64,000 nt of DNA from Sphagnum compactum. Taxonomy: Eukaryota. The DNA is taken from assembly GCA_965153455.1 (NCBI GenBank), contig OZ234493.1, positions 16,482,213 to 16,546,212 of the forward strand, read 5' to 3'. Positions 14,087 through 27,462 of the stretch are shown here, in pieces (within the stretch, counting starts at the first letter, position 1; the number at the start of each line of letters is the position of its first letter). The notes below the pieces were generated by a model. That model had not been told where the DNA came from and did no database searches. It saw nothing but the letters and a program-made list of their open reading frames with translations. Made by a program: the position numbers and the translations under genes.

Positions 14087-15664
14087 GGTTTTATTTTTGT
14101 ATGAATCTCATAGGTTTGTCTCCCAGATCTTTTCCAGCCAACTGGGACCGGCCGTTTCAAGGGGCCCACCCTACAATTCTTTCGCCAAAGCAATCTACTA
14201 ATGAGCGTCATTCCCTTTTACCCCCTCCCCCCTTATTTTAGAGGCTACCGCACCACCTGCTGCCATTATTATGACGGGTAGGTGGGTGGGTGGGTGGGTG
14301 ACTAATTACTCGTCTAGTGGGATCTGAGTATCATCAACCATGGCCGTAAAGGTCCGTACCTGCCAAATACGCGGCAGGTTTTCAGGAACTCTTAATTAAA
14401 TGGCAGAATCGGCAGCCCGGCCTAGTCAATTTTCCTACCTACCACATTGACCTACCTGCCAGACATAGTTTACAACTAGTATCCTACTTTACAATCTACG
14501 TAAGGACCTATATGATAAGGTACCTCCAAAGAATAGCGGCAAATTCACCCGCTCTGCTGCACCCTACCTACATTTTTGTGTAGGGTAAGGACCGACCATG
14601 GGGCTCTTTCAAATCATGGGCCTTATGCAAGATAGTGCATGGGATACAAATTCCCAAAACACCCTCATCCCAAGTTCCTTTACCTCACATGACGAACTTG
14701 AAAATTTTGTGCTTTTAAAAATGGATGGTGATGATTCGGTTTGAGAGGAGAGCATGGCACATGGCACCTTACTCATAAAGGTGGCATCATCAAGAATAAT
14801 ATTTACTGAGATTTTAAGGTGCCATCACGTACACTTAGAGAAGATTTCAAGTGTATTTGGAGGGCGCCTCGTCTTTGTAAATATCCCTCTGTAGAAAGAG
14901 GAGTGAGCTTATGCCTACTCCTTGATAGGTGTAAGAACCCCCCCCCCCTCTCCTGTTGAGTTAGTGTGTAAAGACTCGCACCATTCTACACCTTGTACTT
15001 CACCTATTTTAGGTTAGTATGAGGTTTCCCTCACGGTTTCTGATGGGTAAAGCTTGTGGCTGTGCGACATTTTCAAAGTATCACGCACCCACGGTCTCGG
15101 CAACCGCCTCATCATTAGCCCCTTATTTTGGGAATGCCCCGCCCCATCCTACCCTCAGGCTTTACCCAACACCTAACTATTTGTAATCCAGTGAAGGGCC
15201 CTCTGCAACCAGATGTTGCTCCGTTGGGGTAGGGCCAGCCTCGTCCTGCCAGGACCCAGACATCCTTAACCTAGCAGAACCCTAGGGCCCCTTGTGTAGT
15301 ACATTAAAGCAAGGGATCTTTACTGAGACTCCTCTCTTTGAGTTAATGGCAGGTAGAATCTGCACTTTTCTGCTAATTCTGCACGTCCAGCTTTTACCGA
15401 TTAAAAGCAAAGAATAGCCGGATTCTGCAGGGGTTCCCGGTCAATTCTGCAAGGTACAACTTCATTGGGGCCACTACCTTGGTAATGGCACACCTGGCAG
15501 AATAGGCTCTAGAGGGCCCATTTTCAGGACATAACTGGTTTGGGTGTGCTATTAAGGCACTTTTTCAGCCCTTTTTTCCATAGGTGAGACAACCAGCCAC
15601 CTACTCATTCCCTATTCAGTGCAGCCAGTTTCACGTGTAACGTCAATCTGGGTCTTGTTCTTTA

Positions 15665-16005
15665 GGCCCACTTTACACTAGGAGTAAAGGCCAATGTTCA
15701 ACCCAAATCCAACATTCCTATTGGTGAAAAAGTTGAAATCAGCCCCAAGTTCTTTACATTAGGATTCAAAGCTAAAATTTTAAAAAAAAATTCAATCTGC
15801 CCCAAGTCCTAATAAATGTTGAACTTTATGGCCTTGAAATGGTCCCAAGCTAACAAAAAGGATACCATCAAATTTGGGAGGCCTATTTGCAACCCTTGGG
15901 GCCAATGTTCTAGCATTTATTAGTAACTTGGGGCCAATTTGCAACCCAAAAGTACTCAAATTTGGCCCCAAGTTTTTGGCCCTAACTCTTAGTGTAAATA
16001 AGGCC
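15665..16005. mobile_element. PIF/Harbinger (Tourist-like) MITE
   Basis: Imperfect ~30-bp TIRs ggcccactttacactaggagtaaagggccaa / ttggccctaactcttagtgtaaataaggcc, flanked on both sides by TTA (15662-64, 16006-08). Confidence 0.75.
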
Positions 16006-19000
16006 TTATTATTATACAAATGTCTGCACAAGATCATCAATCCTTGGAGGTGTTACCGCTTTCTAATTGAGGCGAACACCACATGTAGTGAATTACTTAA
16101 CTAATTTTAACTTAAACATTTCATAATTTCAAAAAATTAAGTGCATAAAACATCAATATCTAAAATTTTAAATAACTTGGTAAAAGTAACCTATTAAGAT
16201 ATTGACATTCAACACAAAAGACGACACCTAAAGTTTCAGGAACAAAACTCAAACAAAAAGAATTGAAGGACAAATGAAAACTCAACATTTAAAACCAAAC
16301 AAGAAACTAATATTTTTCAAAGCTCAATGGCATGTGAAGAATGAACAATAAAACAATCAAACAAGGAAAAAGAATTCCAAGGTTGAACGACAAGTCCAAG
16401 AATTTTGTAAACAAACTTTAAATTGATTCATAAAATTGTAGTTCACTTTCAAAAGTATTTTTTAAAAATCATATGAACATTTATAAATTACATTTAACAT
16501 AATGTTCTTTAATAAGTTTTGAGATCAATTTTTTATTTGCTTCATTTGAACAAATTTGAAAAAAAAAAAAGGTTGTCAAAGTTTGGATTTCAAATGATTT
16601 TTCATCAAACATGATAAAAACAAATTTTTGATCTTTCATCACAAGTGGTTTGTTTGGTTTGACAGCAAAAATGTTGGCATAAATAAGGTCCTTTTTTTTC
16701 AAATGATGTGGAAAAATATATAAGGTGCAACTTATTCGGGAAAAAAATAATTCATAATTTACATAAATGTAAATGCATTTCTTAGTTTTTTCCCAATTTT
16801 GTGAAGTAGCTGGGTTGATGACCATATGCAAGTGGGCTTAGCCAAATTTGGGTAATAGGTCAAATTCATTAAAAAGAGAAGTAGAATTTCTTGGGGATTC
16901 CTCATAAGTTGTGATGACAAGATAAACCGTAATGTCCAAATGTGTTTTTTGTGATGAAATTTCATCACTTGGCAACAAAAAATTAGGGATGGGAAAGGGC
17001 TTTAAAAAACAAATTGGGAAATTTTCCAAAAACACTAGTGCTTGGAATTGGATTATGAAAATATATTTAAAATTTCACTTAAAATATTTTCTTATGCCAT
17101 AACATACCCAAAAAAAACTCCTTTATTTTTTTGTTCCATAACAAAATACAAACAATAACTTCCCCTATATATGTATATATCATTTTAAAAAAATACATTC
17201 ACACTACAACATGTGGTTGAGATTCAAAGACATAATGTTTTTTGGAATTTCATGAAAAAAATTCAGAGATATTTTCCACAAGTATTTTCACAAAATATCA
17301 ACAAATGAACATGCCCAAAGTTTCTCATCACTTCCTACAAATAGTACAACTACACGTTGATTCCTAGTTTGATTCAATTGCATTCAACAATTAAACCAAA
17401 ATTTTCACAGTTTTAGTAGTAAGTACATAAACATGGTGTTCCATGGTCTTAAATGAATCCTTTGCTTTTAAAAAAGGTTGAAACATTAACACATAGACTA
17501 GATGTGAAGAAAGATGAGCACAACCATATCCAAATTTCTCAACAAATGTGTAAAATTCATAGAGGGAAATGTACATTCTAAAATGGTGGCGTGTGTATTT
17601 TTGTGGAATCTAGATAAAGGAGCCCATTATCTATACAATTTTTTACATCCTATGTTAATGAAACATCAAAGGTTATTAGATCATCTTGTGCATTGCACTT
17701 TCAAGGAGATGGTAAAAAATGATTTTATGTGTTTGTTAGGCCCTACTCCTAGAGGGAGAGGGAATATTGCTTCTAACAAGCTAACATTGGTCAAAATTGT
17801 TGTTTTCTTAATCATATTTGTGTTCATGTGTTCTCATTTTTTGGGTTGTTCACATTTCTTCTTGAGCCCAACAATCTGAATTTCAAACTTGAAACTTTTT
17901 TTTTCGTAGGGTGGGGATTTACCATCAATTTAATTGCAACAAGCTCATTGTTGGAAGCAGAATGCAATCGTACTTGTTGCCTGGAGTGAACATTTAACAT
18001 CGACATTCTATTCAAGTCCTATTGCCAACATCGTTGAATGAATAATTGTTCAAGCTTGCAAGGAGAAGGGGAGTGTGTAAACTAATAACTCCAAAGTTGT
18101 ATGGAAACATATAATCTTAAAGCATTTAAGCTTGCAATCTAATTGAACGAATTTTGCCAATGCAAGTTTGCACTTATGCAAATCTAAACCCAACCATAAA
18201 ACTTGAAAAATACAAAAGAAAATCTGATAATTCAATTCCAAGATTTCCTTGAGAAAGGGGTTTTGCCTAGAAAGGGGATTTGTTGTTATACCCATTTTAT
18301 TACACATGTAGAAGTTTCTAGCCAAATATTTAAACATTCATTACCTCCAAGATAAGTAACATTTACCAATTTTCACATCCCATTTATTTCCAAGTGGAAG
18401 AGTGAGGCTCTTCCCATCAAAATTTAAAACTTTACACATGAAAAGCTTACCCAAAAGTGTAATAACTTGTACAAAATTACCCCCTTTCAGGGATAGGTGT
18501 TATAGGTTTCAATTTATTAATGGTTAGTCATTGGTATAGTTGATAGTGAAATAGGTTCATCTGGCTACCCCAATCATCCCCATTCCTAACAATATCAAGG
18601 GTGAGACTATGTTGGTAATAGTGAAATTGATGAATGGACAAGTTGAGGACAAAACATCAAGGTCAACCTCCTCCTCTCCACCGTTTTTTGAATCTTTTCA
18701 ATTTTGTTATCATCATTTATGAGAGGGCGGATTGCTCATTTTAGTGATAGAAAAATATCAACCCTAGAATATCTAGCAACTTAATATGCAAATGAATTTG
18801 GATTGACAACAGATCAAACTCAAGAACCTCAAAAACCAATTAGCTATTCAAACCATTGAAGGTAGTAAGGTATAAAGTTTATAAACTCACTTGAAGATCC
18901 AAGGTAATGAAAAAAAGTTGGCAAATTGAATTAAAGAATTGAACTTGCTACTCTAGACTATTGATAAAACAAGTGGAGGAGTTATTTGTTCCAATCCTTG

Positions 19001-21760
19001 AACTAGTTGCAAAATCTGAATGGGAACAAGAGGAGCACAATGAAAAGAAGGCCTTTAATTGAAGACTTGTTGTGGTTGTTGAACTATTTGAGGTGAAATC
19101 AAGGCAAGTTCAATTAAATGGTAGAGTTTTTTGTTGGTGGTCATTAGTGGTTGTGTTGGAGGTGCATTGAACTTGTTGAATTTTCATGGAGTGTTTCAAG
19201 GCTCATCATGTTGAATTGTTTGGTGATGTGTTGGCCTAGAATTTGTTTGTTACATTTCAAGTTTTTGATCTATAATGAATCCTTCAAATGACAATATGCC
19301 ATTACATTGATCTAGGCATTGCAAACATATATTGATTTAAAGAACAATTTCTTTTTTGAATTTTGTTTCAAGAATGTTTTCCCTTTTTAACAACTAGTCA
19401 TTAGTTATTATGAACCTTTCTTTTGGTATCAATAGGGCTTCACTAAGTGCATGAATAAATATCCTTTGGGTGGATGGCATTGCCTATAATTTCACCTAGA
19501 CACATCTATGTGGAAATATTACAAAATTGACTTTCATTTTTCAGTGGCACAAAAATTTCAAGTAAAACATGCAATATCAAGTGAATGTTATTGAAGAATC
19601 TAACACAAACAATCCAATGTAAGAATGATATTTTTCATGATTAGATATATGTCTATCAGATTTTTGGGAAACAATACTACAATTAGGTTTGGAAAATTCA
19701 TTTCCTCACTTAGTCGATCCCTTTATCTTCAATAGAATCAACAAATTTTAAAGTCTCATGGCCACCATGTGAGGTCCGGAGAATGATGGTGTTTTCCTTG
19801 GCACAATGCTTGTGATAACACTCATACACAATAAAACAATTCAAAATACATCATTGTAGCCTACATTAAATACACAATTTTTGGTCAAAATTAATATAGT
19901 TTATTGTATTGCCAAGGATTATGAACTTGATATTGAAACAAGGCATTTTAAAGGTGTGTCATTGATGTTTTTGGGGGAGTTAAGCAAATTTTTAAGAATT
20001 TTGATATTTAAATATAATTGCCCTAAAATCACCTAAGTTGAGGAAGCAAATTCACCTTGTTTGTAACAATTGCTCCCCAGTCACTAGGTGGGAGGTTGCT
20101 TTGATTGCAACAATATGAGTGACATTTTTGACATGACAACCCAATGAAAGGTGTATTAATGTGGACCACATCTCCACCAAATTTTTACATTATATAAGCC
20201 ACTTTATTAATCATAAAGCAAACCATTTTTTATTTCTATGTGAAGGGTATGGTGTATGGTGTCCAATAGAAATAAATGTATTGAAAACTTACTTTAGTTA
20301 AAGTGCATGATTCAAAAATTGAATATATTACATAAAAGGCCATGACTTTTGCTATGAAACTCCGTGCATGTCTGTAAAAAAAATTCAAAATTTGTCCCTG
20401 AATATTTAGTCACTTCCATTATCAAAATGTCCTTTGAAAATGAATAAAAGTAAAACATCCATTTGTGGAAAAACCTAATCTGATTAGCAAAGAACTCTCC
20501 ACTATTGTAAGGTTTGTAAAATTTGAAAAGTTCTTTACATAAAATAATGAACATTTCTTTTGAGCTCATCCTTGGTTTATAATGAACTTGCCAATTTGGT
20601 TTTAGAAATTGATTTCAGGATAACTTATTTGCACAAGATATGGTGGGTGGTAAAAGCCATTGCATAGTATAAATCCTAAAGTGAATTGGCTAGATCATTT
20701 GATTGGTCCCCATGGCACAATCTCTTGTTATTATTGATTAAGTTATCTGAGTGGTCCACTTGCTTTGTTATTAGTGGCCTCCCACTTTTTAAGGTCCCAC
20801 TTTCAAGTTTATGGATGGGGCGTGAAATATGTAAATAAGTAGTAAGGGAGGTGAGAAAAGTTGATGTAGATCTCAATATTCAGTATGTGTGGGGATGCTT
20901 TAAAAATTCATAGAAAATCATATAGTGTATTACAATAAAAATACTTATAAAATAAAATAGTTACAATGAATGGGCATTAAATTAAATCTTCAAATACTCA
21001 ACATGTGATTGTATAAGTACATGAGTGAAACTTGTACATAAGATTCAACCAAAAAATTACAAAAACCAAAAGTCAAAACAAACATGGTCAAGAAATGTAG
21101 GAAGTAGAATTAAGAAACTTTTGACAACCAAAACCATTCAGATAAGTGATTGAAACCATCATACATGAAATTGAACGTGCGAGTGAAAAACATTATTTCT
21201 ATGTGTAACAAAAAATTCAACACAAGAACAAAAGGTGAAAATCAATTAAATTTTGAGTTTTTATGTGTGAGTGAAAGTTTAACACATACAAACAACAATA
21301 AAAATCAATAAAAACGTTAATTACTATGTGTGATTAAAATTTTAATACATGCAACTAAATATTGAAAAAAATAAAATCAATTGTTCATAATGTATGTATT
21401 TAATTTCTTGTAGTTCAAAGACTTCTTAATTAAATTAACTTCAATAGCTGTATATTGTCTTTAAGGAACATGTAACAAGTAAAATATTTAAGTTTGTTTT
21501 ATCATCATCAAATTTGATTTTGCATCAACTTCAACCAAAAGGTTGATACAACACTAGTGTTTCAACAAACATGAAAACAACTTATCATGTATATTGATTG
21601 GAACAACCTCCTGAAAAATGAAACGATTAGTAGCATAGGATGTTTGAAGTATCGATCCAGCGATGTTGCTGCTGCCTTAATCATGAAAAGTGGTAGTAAG
21701 CAATAGGATCTGCAGAAGGTAAATTAGCGGTGAGCAAAGAGTGCTTGCAGTTTGGAAAGT

Positions 21761-24170
21761 ATGGCAAGTGCAGGGTGTTATGCAACTTCTTCATGCATCG
21801 AGCGTGTTTGAAAGGAGAAGATTGCATGTTCTCTCATAGCTGGAGTGACCAGGCTAGCCAGGTAAGTAAAGCGCATCGTCTCTCCTCTAACAAGCTTCGT
21901 GCATCAAAGTGTTTCCTTTCTGGAAAAAGATTATGCTCACAGCTTTCAGTTTGCGCATGACTTTGTTTTTCCCCTCAATTAGAACATTGTTTTTTCAGTG
22001 GTCCTGTCATGTGTGTGTACTGATTGTTGTACGATCATGTGCAGGTATGCACATTTTATCAGCGTGGCCTTTGTTCTTATGGCAGTCGTTGCAGGTATGA
22101 GCATGTAAAACTGTCCCGTCCAGTGTCAAATAATCCTCTCCCTCCCCTACCAAGACCTTCAGTGGTAGCTCTTAACTCATCTCCAGACACAAGTAGGGCA
22201 GAAGAGAGCTCAAGCAATACCCCTACACAAAGTGCCTGGCAACTCACAGAAGGCAAGGCTAATCTGGGTCCCCGATTTCTGGAAGAAGATGATGAAAAGG
22301 ATGTTGAAGAGATTGAAATGCCAACGTCCAACGACCCCAGTGAGACCCCAATCTGCGCGTTTGCAGCTGCTGGCATATGCCCTCGGGGTGATAACTGCCC
22401 GCAGATTCATGGTGACTTCTCCCCAACTTGTGGGAAGCATTGTTTGCATCCCTTTCGTCCATGAGAATGTGATAACCACAGGCAGCAGTGTGAACGTAAC
22501 CAGAAGAAGCTTGAGGCACTTCGCAAGAGCCAAGATATTGAAGGCAGTGTCTGTCTGGAACGGGTGCTTTCAAAAACAACAGTTGCTGAGCGGAAATTTG
22601 GATTAATGTCAGGTCATCCATTTTGTGTTGGCTGTATACGGGGTTGGCGGAGTGGTTCTCATGCACCAGGGATGGACATTGATACTGTTGTGCGGGCCTG
22701 CCCAGTTTGTCGAGTAACTTCACATTTTATAGTCCCAAGTGTTGTTTGGTACTCAAGTTCTGAAGAAAAGGAGGATATAATCAACGGCTATAAGAACAAG
22801 CTCAGGTGTGTGCATGAGACCTAAAGCTGTTTGTTCTATTTGATGTGCCTCTCACAACTGGAGGTTTTATTACCCATCTGACATACTACTTGACAGATGG
22901 TGACCTGATACATAATTGTCCTTTAAGGTTATACTCACCCTATTATGGACCTGTCTAATGACCAGCCAGCTGGTTGGATTTTGACTTGCAAGATTGGCGC
23001 TGCCATTCTGGTAGGCTTGTCATGTGGCTGCACCCAGCTGTGACCATCAGTCTTTTATCTGGTCGGGTGCCTGATTTGTCAATATTTGTGTATATAGATT
23101 GTGCTCTGATTTGTCATAGGTGGGTGGTGTGTTGCACATTAAATGACTGGTGTACGACCTCCTTTTCCATCCCTTCAACAATTCAAGCAATCAAGGAGAT
23201 CAAGTGGACATGGAGGCATAAGGGGTGACCCCAAAGTCCTTATTGGTCTCTAGGTGTTTGCATTCTTATGTGAGAACATATAGAATGCTTTACCTTAGCT
23301 CCTGATCCACAGACGTGTAAAAATACACGCACAATGTTTTTTGTAATTGAATGTTAGCGGTGTATTTGTGTGTGCGGTGATGTTGATTGTAAGTATTTTG
23401 ACTATGGAAATGGAACATGTCCCTTTGGAACTAGCTGCTTCTACAAGGTAAGGAAACCAGCTTTTTTTGTTCTCTGTCCTCTGTGCAACTCAAATTGTCA
23501 TGTCAGAGTGTAGCTGACCCCCATGTGACCATGTTGTCTTAACACATTTGACAATTCCGGTTGGCATCAGATGCTCCTGCTCAGGATTTTGCATATTTAG
23601 CTGGTTTCATATGTTGAATTTCCTTCATCTGCAGCATATGTTTAGCGATGGAAGTAGGGAGGAGGTGAAGTTACGGCACCTTGGTGCTGCTGATGGGAAC
23701 ACTGTCATTGCCAAAAATGTTCGGTAAGCTTTTCAGGCTCCCCTTGCTGAAAGGTTTTCTCCTTTGTTTTTGACCGATCCTTAGGAGCTTTGTGGTTTTC
23801 ATGAAATTATTAACATCTTTGGTCAGGATGTAAGATGACCAAAGATGTTCAAGATGCATACATCATTTTAAGCTCAAGACTACCCTGCCGTGATTTTTTG
23901 TGGCTTCCTGACTGCAATTGTCCATGTCCTTTGATATCAGACCTTAAATGTGTTGCTGGCTGGTCAAGGGAGAAATTATTCTGGCAGATAAAGGGTTTGA
24001 GTGTTGCAACTTCTGAAAGCTTCTGCCCTCTCTAATGTTGGAGAAGGATTTCATTCTATTCTGCATTTTGAACGTTATGTGCCACTTGTTGTAATGGTTT
24101 GCAGTTTTTGAATCCAATGTTGTTTTGATTTTCTCTTGATATGGACAGGTTATCGGACTTCCTGGACTGA
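21761..24170 (+). pseudogene. MKRN: Makorin (CCCH zinc fingers + RING E3 ligase) pseudogene, copy 1
   Basis: Exons read [42 protein letters not shown]...[21 protein letters not shown]...RING...[45 protein letters not shown]...; RLSDFL. Defects: in-frame TGA at 22462-64, first RING Cys to Gly (EGSVC), loss of CD before HPFC, and a mutated acceptor (gcgg) near 23377. Confidence 0.9.
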
Positions 24171-24695
24171 TTGGTTAATGCCAGGTGAACTGGATGGATG
24201 AGAATGCAAGCGGGAACCAACATGGAGACTTAGCTTGCCAAAAATACTAATATGACAGGAAGGACCAAGTATTTAAGGGCTCTTGACACAAGGACTGCAC
24301 ACAACATGTGCATTCATAATCTGTAAGCTTTTACTTTGCCCCAGCAATTCTACCCGCACTCAAACGGGTTGCCTGACTGATCTATGGGGTAGTAAAGATT
24401 CATACCCTGTTGTCCAGATATCATGATCTGGGCAGAGATGGTAGTTGTGTTATCAAATAAGTTCCAGGGTTGTCTGACTGATCAATGTGGTAATTGGATT
24501 GTTATATATACTTCCCTACACCCACTATTGGGAGCTGACGAAGTGAGTAGGGTGTTGTGGCAGCTAGTCATTGCTATTCATAGTGAAGTTGATTGTCTGA
24601 TACTTTGCAAGTGACACTTGTCATGTTATGACCATACTGAATTTCATCATCTGAGTTTTGCTTGTACTAGAATTGACCCAATGCTTACACCTTCA

Positions 24696-27462
24696 GATTA
24701 TGCTCACAGCTTTCAGTTTGCGCATGACTTTGTTTTTCCCCTCAATTAGAACATTGTTTTTTCAGTGGTCCTGTCATGTGTGTGTAGTGATTGTTGTATG
24801 ATCATGTGCAGGTATGCACATTTTATCAGCGTGGCCTTTGTTCTTATGGCAGTCGTTGCAGGTATGAGCATGTAAAACTGTCCCGTCCAGTGTCAAATAA
24901 TCCTCTCCCTCCCCTACCAAGACCTTCAGTGGTAACTCTTACCTCATCTCCAGACACAAGTAGGGCAGAAGAGAGCTCAAGCAATACCCCTACACAAAGT
25001 GCCTGGCAACTCACAGAAGGCAAGGCTAATTTGGGTCCCCGATTTCTGGAAGAAGATGATGAAAAGGATGTTGAAGAGATTGAAATGCCAACGTCCAACG
25101 ACCCCAGTGAGACCCCAATCTGCGCGTTTGCAGCTGCTGGCATATGCCCTCGGGGTGATAACTGCCCGCAGATTCATGGTGACTTCTCCCCAACTTGTGG
25201 GAAGCATTGTTTGCATCCCTTTCGTCCATGAGAATGTGATAACCACAGGCAGCAGTGTGAACGTAACCAGAAGAAGCTTGAGGCACTTCGCAAGAGCCAA
25301 GATATTGAAGGCAGTGTCTGTCTGGAACGGGTGCTTTCAAAAACAACAGTTGCTGAGCGGAAATTTGGATTAATGTCAGGTCATCCATTTTGTGTTGGCT
25401 GTATACGGGGTTGGCGGAGTGGTTCTCATGCACCAGGGATGGACATTGATACTGTTGTGCGGGCCTGCCCAGTTTGTCGAGTAACTTCACATTTTATAGT
25501 CCCAAGTGTTGTTTGGTACTCAAGTTCTGAAGTAAAGGAGGATATAATCAACGGCTATAAGAACAAGCTCAGGTGTGTGCATGAGACCTAAAGCTGTTTG
25601 TTCTATTTGATGTCCCTCTCACAACTTGAGGTTTTATTACCCATCTGACATACTACTTGACAGATGGTGACCTGATACATAATTGTCCTTTAAGATTATA
25701 CTCACCCTATTATGGACCTGTCTAATGACCAGCCAGCTGGTTGGATTTTGACTTGCAAGATTGGCGCAGCCATTCTGGTAGGCTTGTCTTGTGGCTGCAC
25801 CCAGCTGTGACCATCAGTCTTTTATCTGGTCGGGTGCCTGATTTGTCAATATTTGTGTATATAGATTGTGCTCTGATTTGTCATAGGTGGGTGGTGTGTT
25901 GCACATTAAATGACTGGAATACGACCTCCTTTTCCATCCCTTCAACAATTCAAGCAATCAAGGAGATCAAGTGGACATGGAGGCATAAGGGGTGACCCCA
26001 AAGTCCTTATTGGTCTCTAGGTGTTTGCATTCTTATGTGAGAACATATAGAATGCTTTACCTTAGCTCCTGATCCACAGACGTGTAAAAATACACGCACA
26101 ATGTTTTTGTAATTGAATGTTAGCGGTGTATTTGTGTGTGCGGTGATGTTGATTGTAAGTATTTTGACTATGGAAATGGAACATGTCCCTTTGGAACTAG
26201 CTGCTTCTACAAGGTAAGGAAACCAGCTTTTTTTGTTCTCTGTCCTCTGTGCAACTCAAATTGTCATGTCAGAGTGTAGCTGACCCCCATGTGACCATGT
26301 TGTCTTAACACATTTGACAATTCCGGTTGGCATCAGATGCTCCTGCTCAGGATTTTGCATATTTAGCCGGTTTCATATGTTGACTTTCCTTCATCTGCAG
26401 CATATGTTTAGAGATGGAAGTAGGGAGGAGGTGAAGTTACGGCACCTTGGTGCTGCTGATGGGAACACTGTCATTGCCAAAAATGCTCGGTAAGCTTTTC
26501 AGGCTCCCCTTGCTGAAAGGTTTTCTCCTTTGTTTTTGACCGATCCTTAGGAGCTTTGTGGTTTTCATGAAATTATTAACATCTTTGGTCAGGATGTAAG
26601 ATGACCAAAGATGTTCAAGATGCATACATCATTTTAAGCTCAAGACTACCCTGCCGTGATTTTTTGTGGCTTCCTGACTGCAATTGTCCATGTCCTTTGA
26701 TATCAGACCTTAAATGTGTTGCTGGCAGGTCAAGGGAGAAATTATTCTGGCAGATAAAGGGTTTGAGTGTTGCAACTTCTGAAAGCTTCTGTCCTCTCTA
26801 ATGCTGGAGAAGGATTTCATTCTATTCTGCATTTTGAACGTTATGTGCCACTTGTTGTAATGGTTTGCAGTTTTTGAATCCAATGTTGTTTTGATATTCT
26901 CTTGATATGGACAGGTTATCGGACTTCCTGGACAGATTGGTTAATGCCAGGGGAACTGGATGGATGAGAATGCAAGCGGGAACCAACATGGAGACTTAGC
27001 TTGCCAAAAATACTAATATGACAGGAAGGACCAAGTATTTAAGGGCCCTTGACACAAAGGACTGCACACAACATGTGCATTCATAATCTGTAAGCTTTTA
27101 CTTTGCCCCAGCAATTCTACCTGCACTCAAACGGGTTGCCTGACTGATCTATGGGGTAGTAAAGATTCATACCCTGTTGTCCAGATATCATGATCTGTGC
27201 AGAGATGGTAGTTGTGTTATCAAGTAAGTTCCAGGGTTGTCTGACTGATCAATGGGGTAATTGGATTGTTATATATACTTCCCTACACCCACTATTGGGA
27301 GCTGATGAAGTGAGTAGGGTGTTGTGGCAGCTAGTCATTGCTATTCATAGTGAAATTGATTGTCTGATACTTTGCAAGTGACACTTGTCATGTTATGACC
27401 ATACTGAATTTCATCATCTGAGTTTTGCTTGTACTAGAATTGACCCAATGGTTAGGCCTTCA
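24696..27462 (+). pseudogene. MKRN: 2767-bp tandem duplicate of the makorin pseudogene lacking the first zinc-finger exon
   Basis: Near-identical to 21929-24695 at offset 2767 (ORFs 22024/24791, 22564/25331). It carries the same stop codon and RING lesions. Confidence 0.92.

Noticed and set aside
14250-15530. GC-richer segment with recurring ggcagaat/attctgc motifs, possibly a TIR or LTR element
   Set aside because: I could not define termini or a TSD by eye.
22462-22464. Makorin TGA rescued by RNA editing or readthrough
   Set aside because: This is a nuclear gene, and additional RING and splice-site lesions indicate a true pseudogene.
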